From Acidobacteriota bacterium (GTDB lineage Bacteria > Acidobacteriota > UBA6911 > RPQK01 > JAJDTT01), in NCBI GenBank assembly GCA_965217775.1, contig CBDCJH010000002.1, forward strand, positions 4,960,001 through 5,024,000: a DNA stretch of 64,000 nucleotides, given 5' to 3'. This document shows, piece after piece, positions 60,410 to 64,000 of the stretch. Every line of letters starts with the position of its first letter. Position 1 is the first letter of the stretch. The notes beneath the pieces are model-generated. The model saw nothing but the letters and a program-made list of their open reading frames with translations. It did not search any database and was not told the DNA's origin. The position numbers were made by a program, and so were the translations under genes.

Positions 60410-60487
60410 AAAACGGCCCCCCTTTTCCGCGCCATTGTAGCATTATCCCCCACGGAGGGTAGAATCTGCCTATGCTATGATCGGGCC

Positions 60488-61075
60488 GTGTCACAAAGCC
60501 GGTCAGATGGGCTGGATGTTCTCATTGAAGCGGCTGAGATCCGGCAGCGCGTCGCTGAAATGGCTCGTCGCATCGAGGCCGATTACCGGGGCAGGGAACC
60601 GCATTTTGTCGGTGTCCTCAAGGGAGCGGCCATATTCCACGCCGACCTGGTCCGGGAGCTGGCCCTTCCCCTGACCATCGACTTCCTCTCGGTTTCCAGC
60701 TATGGCTCATCCATGGCACCGGTGGGTCCGTTGTCGCTTGACAAGGACTTGGAGGATGACATCGAGGGCAAGGACGTCATTCTGGTGGAGGACATCGTCG
60801 ACACGGGCCGCACCGCCACCTTTCTGTTCCAATGGTTGCCGGAGCGAAAGCCGGCGTCCTTGAGGCTTTGCGCCCTGCTGTCCAAACCGGCCCGCCGCGA
60901 GTTTCCCGCGTACCCCGACTATGTCGGCTTCGATGTCCCCGACCGTTTCGTCGTCGGCTATGGTCTGGACTACAATCAGAAGTATCGCAACCTGCCGTAT
61001 ATAGCGGCCCTGCGGCGTTCGCGCCCGGTGCCGCCCCCCGCGCATTTGGAGCACGCCGCCACCGGCGAACCGTGA
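60488..61075 (+). CDS. hpt: Hypoxanthine phosphoribosyltransferase
   Basis: VLKGA, SSYG, VEDIVDTG.T, FVVGYGLDY..KYRNLP. Confidence 0.95.
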   Translation: MSQSRSDGLDVLIEAAEIRQRVAEMARRIEADYRGREPHFVGVLKGAAIFHADLVRELALPLTIDFLSVSSYGSSMAPVGPLSLDKDLEDDIEGKDVILVEDIVDTGRTATFLFQWLPERKPASLRLCALLSKPARREFPAYPDYVGFDVPDRFVVGYGLDYNQKYRNLPYIAALRRSRPVPPPAHLEHAATGEP

Positions 61076-61121
61076 GGCCGTTCAGGCCGGGGACACGGCT
61101 TGCAAATGAGGAGAATCCGAG

Positions 61122-63080
61122 ATGAGCGAGAGAGAAGGAACCATATCTGCATTGATGACGGAGGATCGGCGGTTCTCCCCTGCCCAGGAGTTCACCGCCC
61201 AGGCGAACTGGAGCGACCCGGAGGTCTATCAGCGGGCCCTGTCGGACCCGGAAGGCTTCTGGAGCGAGATGGCCCAGGCCATCGACTGGTTTGAGCCCTG
61301 GAGCTCGGTTCTGGAGTGGGACCCGCCCACCACGAAGTGGTTCCTTGGGGCCAAGGTCAACGTTTCCTACAACTGCGTCGACCGGCATCTGGCGACGTGG
61401 AGAAAGAACAAGGCGGCCATCATCTGGGAAGGTGAGCCGGGTGACACCCGGGTCCTCACCTACCAGGACCTGCACCGCGAGGTGAATCGTTGCGCGGCGG
61501 CCATGAGGCGGCTGGGGATCGAAAAGGGTGACCGCGTGGCGCTCTATCTGGGGATGGTGCCGGAACTGCCGATCGCCATGCTGGCCTGTGCGCGGCTGGG
61601 CGCGCCCCACACCGTTGTGTTTGGCGGCTTCAGTCCCGAGTCGCTCCGCGACCGCATCGTGGATTGTCAGGCCAAGCTCCTGGTCACGGCCGACGGCGCG
61701 TGGCGCCGGGGAAAAGTGGTGGAGCTGAAAGAGAACGCCGATCGAGCATTGGACGGTTGCCCGGGCATCGAGAATGTCCTGGTGGTGAACCGCGTCGCCT
61801 CCCCCGAGCAGGTTTCCATGGTGAAAGGACGGGATCGATGGTGGCATGCCGAGATGGAGGCGAGCGGGACGGAAACCGTCGAGCCCGAGTCGCTGGACAG
61901 CGAGCACCCCCTGTACATCCTGTACACCTCGGGGACGACGGGGAAGCCGAAGGGCCTGCTCCATACCACCGGGGGTTACCTGGTCGGCGTCCACACCACC
62001 GCCAAGTACGTATTCGACCTGAAGGAAAACGACACCTATTGGTGCGCTGCCGATGTGGGGTGGGTCACCGGGCACAGCTACATCGTGTACGGTCCTCTCT
62101 CCAACGGCGCCACCTCCATCATGTACGAAGGGGCGCCCGATTACCCTGGGAAGGACCGTTTCTGGCAGATCATCGAGAAATACCGGGCCAACATTCTGTA
62201 TACGGCCCCGACCGCGATCCGGGCGTTCATGAAGTGGGGAACGGAGTATCCGGCAGGCCACGATCTGAGCTCACTCCGGCTCCTGGGGACGGTGGGAGAG
62301 CCCATCAACCCGGAGGCCTGGGTCTGGTATCGGGACCATATCGGTTCCGGTCGGACCCCGGTGGTCGACACCTGGTGGCAGACGGAGACGGGCATGACGC
62401 TCATCACTCCCTTGCCGGGGGTGACGGTCTTGAAGCCCGGGTCGGCAACCTTTCCCTTTCCGGGAGTCGAGGCCGACATCGTGGACGAAGCCGGAGAGTC
62501 GGTGCCTCTCGGAGGAGGTGGGTATCTGGTGCTGAAACGCCCCTGGCCGGCCATGGCCCGAACCATCTGGGGCGATCCGGCGCGATGGCACGATCAGTAT
62601 TGGTCACAATATCCCGGAATCTACTTCACGGGAGACGGGGCCAAGCGGGATGAGGACGGCTACTTCTGGTTACTGGGCCGCGTGGACGATGTCCTGAACG
62701 TGGCCGGTCACCGCATCGGGACCATGGAGGTGGAAAGCGCACTGGTGAGCCACCCCAGCGTTGCCGAAGCGGCCGTTATCGGCATCACCCACGAAATCAA
62801 GGGTCAGGCGATCGGCGCGTTCGTCACTCTCCGTGGAGATCAGACGGCGACGCCGGAGCTGGTCGCTGAACTCAAGCTCCACGTGGGAGAAAAGATCGGA
62901 CCCATTGCCCGTCCCGACACCCTGATCCCGACCGGGGAGCTGCCCAAGACCCGCAGCGGAAAGATCATGCGGCGCCTGCTCCGCGACATCGCCGAGGGCC
63001 GGGTCGTCGGCGACACTACGACACTGCAGGACCCGGGAGTCCTGGACGCCATCAAGGACGAATACGAAGAGAGCGAGTAA
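61122..63080 (+). CDS. acs: Acetyl-CoA synthetase
   Basis: [42 protein letters not shown]. Confidence 0.97.
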   Translation: MSEREGTISALMTEDRRFSPAQEFTAQANWSDPEVYQRALSDPEGFWSEMAQAIDWFEPWSSVLEWDPPTTKWFLGAKVNVSYNCVDRHLATWRKNKAAIIWEGEPGDTRVLTYQDLHREVNRCAAAMRRLGIEKGDRVALYLGMVPELPIAMLACARLGAPHTVVFGGFSPESLRDRIVDCQAKLLVTADGAWRRGKVVELKENADRALDGCPGIENVLVVNRVASPEQVSMVKGRDRWWHAEMEASGTETVEPESLDSEHPLYILYTSGTTGKPKGLLHTTGGYLVGVHTTAKYVFDLKENDTYWCAADVGWVTGHSYIVYGPLSNGATSIMYEGAPDYPGKDRFWQIIEKYRANILYTAPTAIRAFMKWGTEYPAGHDLSSLRLLGTVGEPINPEAWVWYRDHIGSGRTPVVDTWWQTETGMTLITPLPGVTVLKPGSATFPFPGVEADIVDEAGESVPLGGGGYLVLKRPWPAMARTIWGDPARWHDQYWSQYPGIYFTGDGAKRDEDGYFWLLGRVDDVLNVAGHRIGTMEVESALVSHPSVAEAAVIGITHEIKGQAIGAFVTLRGDQTATPELVAELKLHVGEKIGPIARPDTLIPTGELPKTRSGKIMRRLLRDIAEGRVVGDTTTLQDPGVLDAIKDEYEESE

Positions 63081-63084
63081 CGCC

Positions 63085-63200
63085 GGCGAGGAGTGAGGAA
63101 AGAGAAAAAGAGAAGAGAGAGAAGGGCAGCGGGCGGCGCGCCGTTGCGCGTGGCCCCCGGCTCCCCCTCTCGCTTCTCGGTCGTTTCAACTCACCACCGA
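63085..63200. terminator. Long imperfect hairpin between convergent acs and brx genes
   Basis: Purine tract GAGAAGAGAGAG..GCAGCGGG pairs with CCCGGCT..CTCTCGCTTCTC. Confidence 0.4.
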
Positions 63201-63242
63201 GCGGGTCGCGCCGGCCGCGCCACCGCCCAGCCGGAGAACTCT

Positions 63243-63683
63243 TCAGGAAGTCGCGGTTTCCGCCTTGGCGCAGTGTCGCGCAAACGCGTCCCGCAGATCG
63301 CTGGAAATTTCGTAGGCTTCCCGACTCTCGATCAGGTGGCGCTCCATCATGTAGACCAGCTTGCCTTCGCGCAGCAGGGCGATGCTGGGAGACGATGGAG
63401 GATAGGGAAAAAAGTACTCCCTGGCTCGGGCGGTCGCCTCGAGATCCTGGCCGGCGAACACCGTGGTCAGGCGATCCGGCTTGGGATCATCCCTGAGCGC
63501 ATCCGCAATCGCCGGGCGGGCCCGGGCGGCGGCGCATCCGCAAATGGAGTTGACCACCACCAGAACGGTGCCCTCCTCCCCGGTCAGCGCCTGGTCCACG
63601 TCTTGAGCGGTACGCAATTCTTCAACGCCGATGCGAGTCAACTCCTGTCGCATCGGGGTCACCCATTGTTCAGGATATGGCAT
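63243..63683 (-). CDS. BrxA/BrxB-family bacilliredoxin
   Basis: PMRQELT, VNSICGCAA (CGC motif), TVFAGQD, PPSSPSIAL. Confidence 0.9.
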   Translation of the reverse strand: MPYPEQWVTPMRQELTRIGVEELRTAQDVDQALTGEEGTVLVVVNSICGCAAARARPAIADALRDDPKPDRLTTVFAGQDLEATARAREYFFPYPPSSPSIALLREGKLVYMMERHLIESREAYEISSDLRDAFARHCAKAETATS

Positions 63684-63758
63684 GAATTTCTCCTCCTTCC
63701 GGCTGATGTATGTCGATTCACTCTACATTCTAATTTGGAAGCCGTTCCCAAATCCAGG

Positions 63759-64000
63759 TTACTCGAAAGCGGCGATGCCGGTGATGGACTGGCCCAGGAT
63801 CAGGGTGTGGATGTCGTGGGTTCCCTCGTAGGTCGAAACCGTTTCCAGGTTCGACATGTGGCGAAAAACCGGATACTCGGCGAGGATTCCGTTGGCCCCC
63901 AGGAGATCCCGGGCCAGCCGCGCGATGCGAAGTGCGACGGCGACGTTGTTGCGCTTCGCCATGGAGATCTGATCGTGACGGCACTTGCCCTCTTCCATGA
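63759..64000 (-). CDS. Acyl-CoA dehydrogenase (glutaryl-CoA dehydrogenase-like), 3' end only
   Basis: [32 protein letters not shown]; truncated by the window edge. Confidence 0.85.
   Translation of the reverse strand, partial: MEEGKCRHDQISMAKRNNVAVALRIARLARDLLGANGILAEYPVFRHMSNLETVSTYEGTHDIHTLILGQSITGIAAFE

Overview
This is a high-GC bacterial chromosome segment around the replication origin, most likely from Acidobacteriota (inferred from two acidobacterial-type VWA proteins, a conserved small hypothetical protein and gene order). Core content includes ppiD, glmS, a complete Rrf2-regulated sufBCDSUT operon, moeA-moaC, a split methylmalonyl-CoA mutase, mnmG-rsmG-parS-parAB, rpmH-rnpA-yidD-yidC-jag-mnmE, rpmE-prfA-prmC-HIT-folE, rpsA-ihf, dnaA-oriC-dnaN-gyrB-gyrA, rpsU, hpt, acs and a bacilliredoxin. 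The most notable part is a block of about 10 kb between tRNA-Sec and tRNA-Ser(GCT). It carries a coenzyme F420 gene set (cofG, cofH, cofE, cofC, cofD) with the F420H2:NADP+ oxidoreductase npdG/fno. Divergent from npdG is a 1455-aa ElbD-like multienzyme (reductase, adenylation, ACP, acyltransferase) whose adenylation domain has lost its P-loop glycines and catalytic lysine. The window also holds one IS1634-type element, three distinct MITE families (9 copies or fragments plus an orphan end, one family with an ERIC-like core) that sit mostly at stop codons or -10 boxes, and a REP doublet at an apparent inversion breakpoint. No CRISPR array or rRNA was seen. All calls rest on motif recognition by eye; no searches were run.
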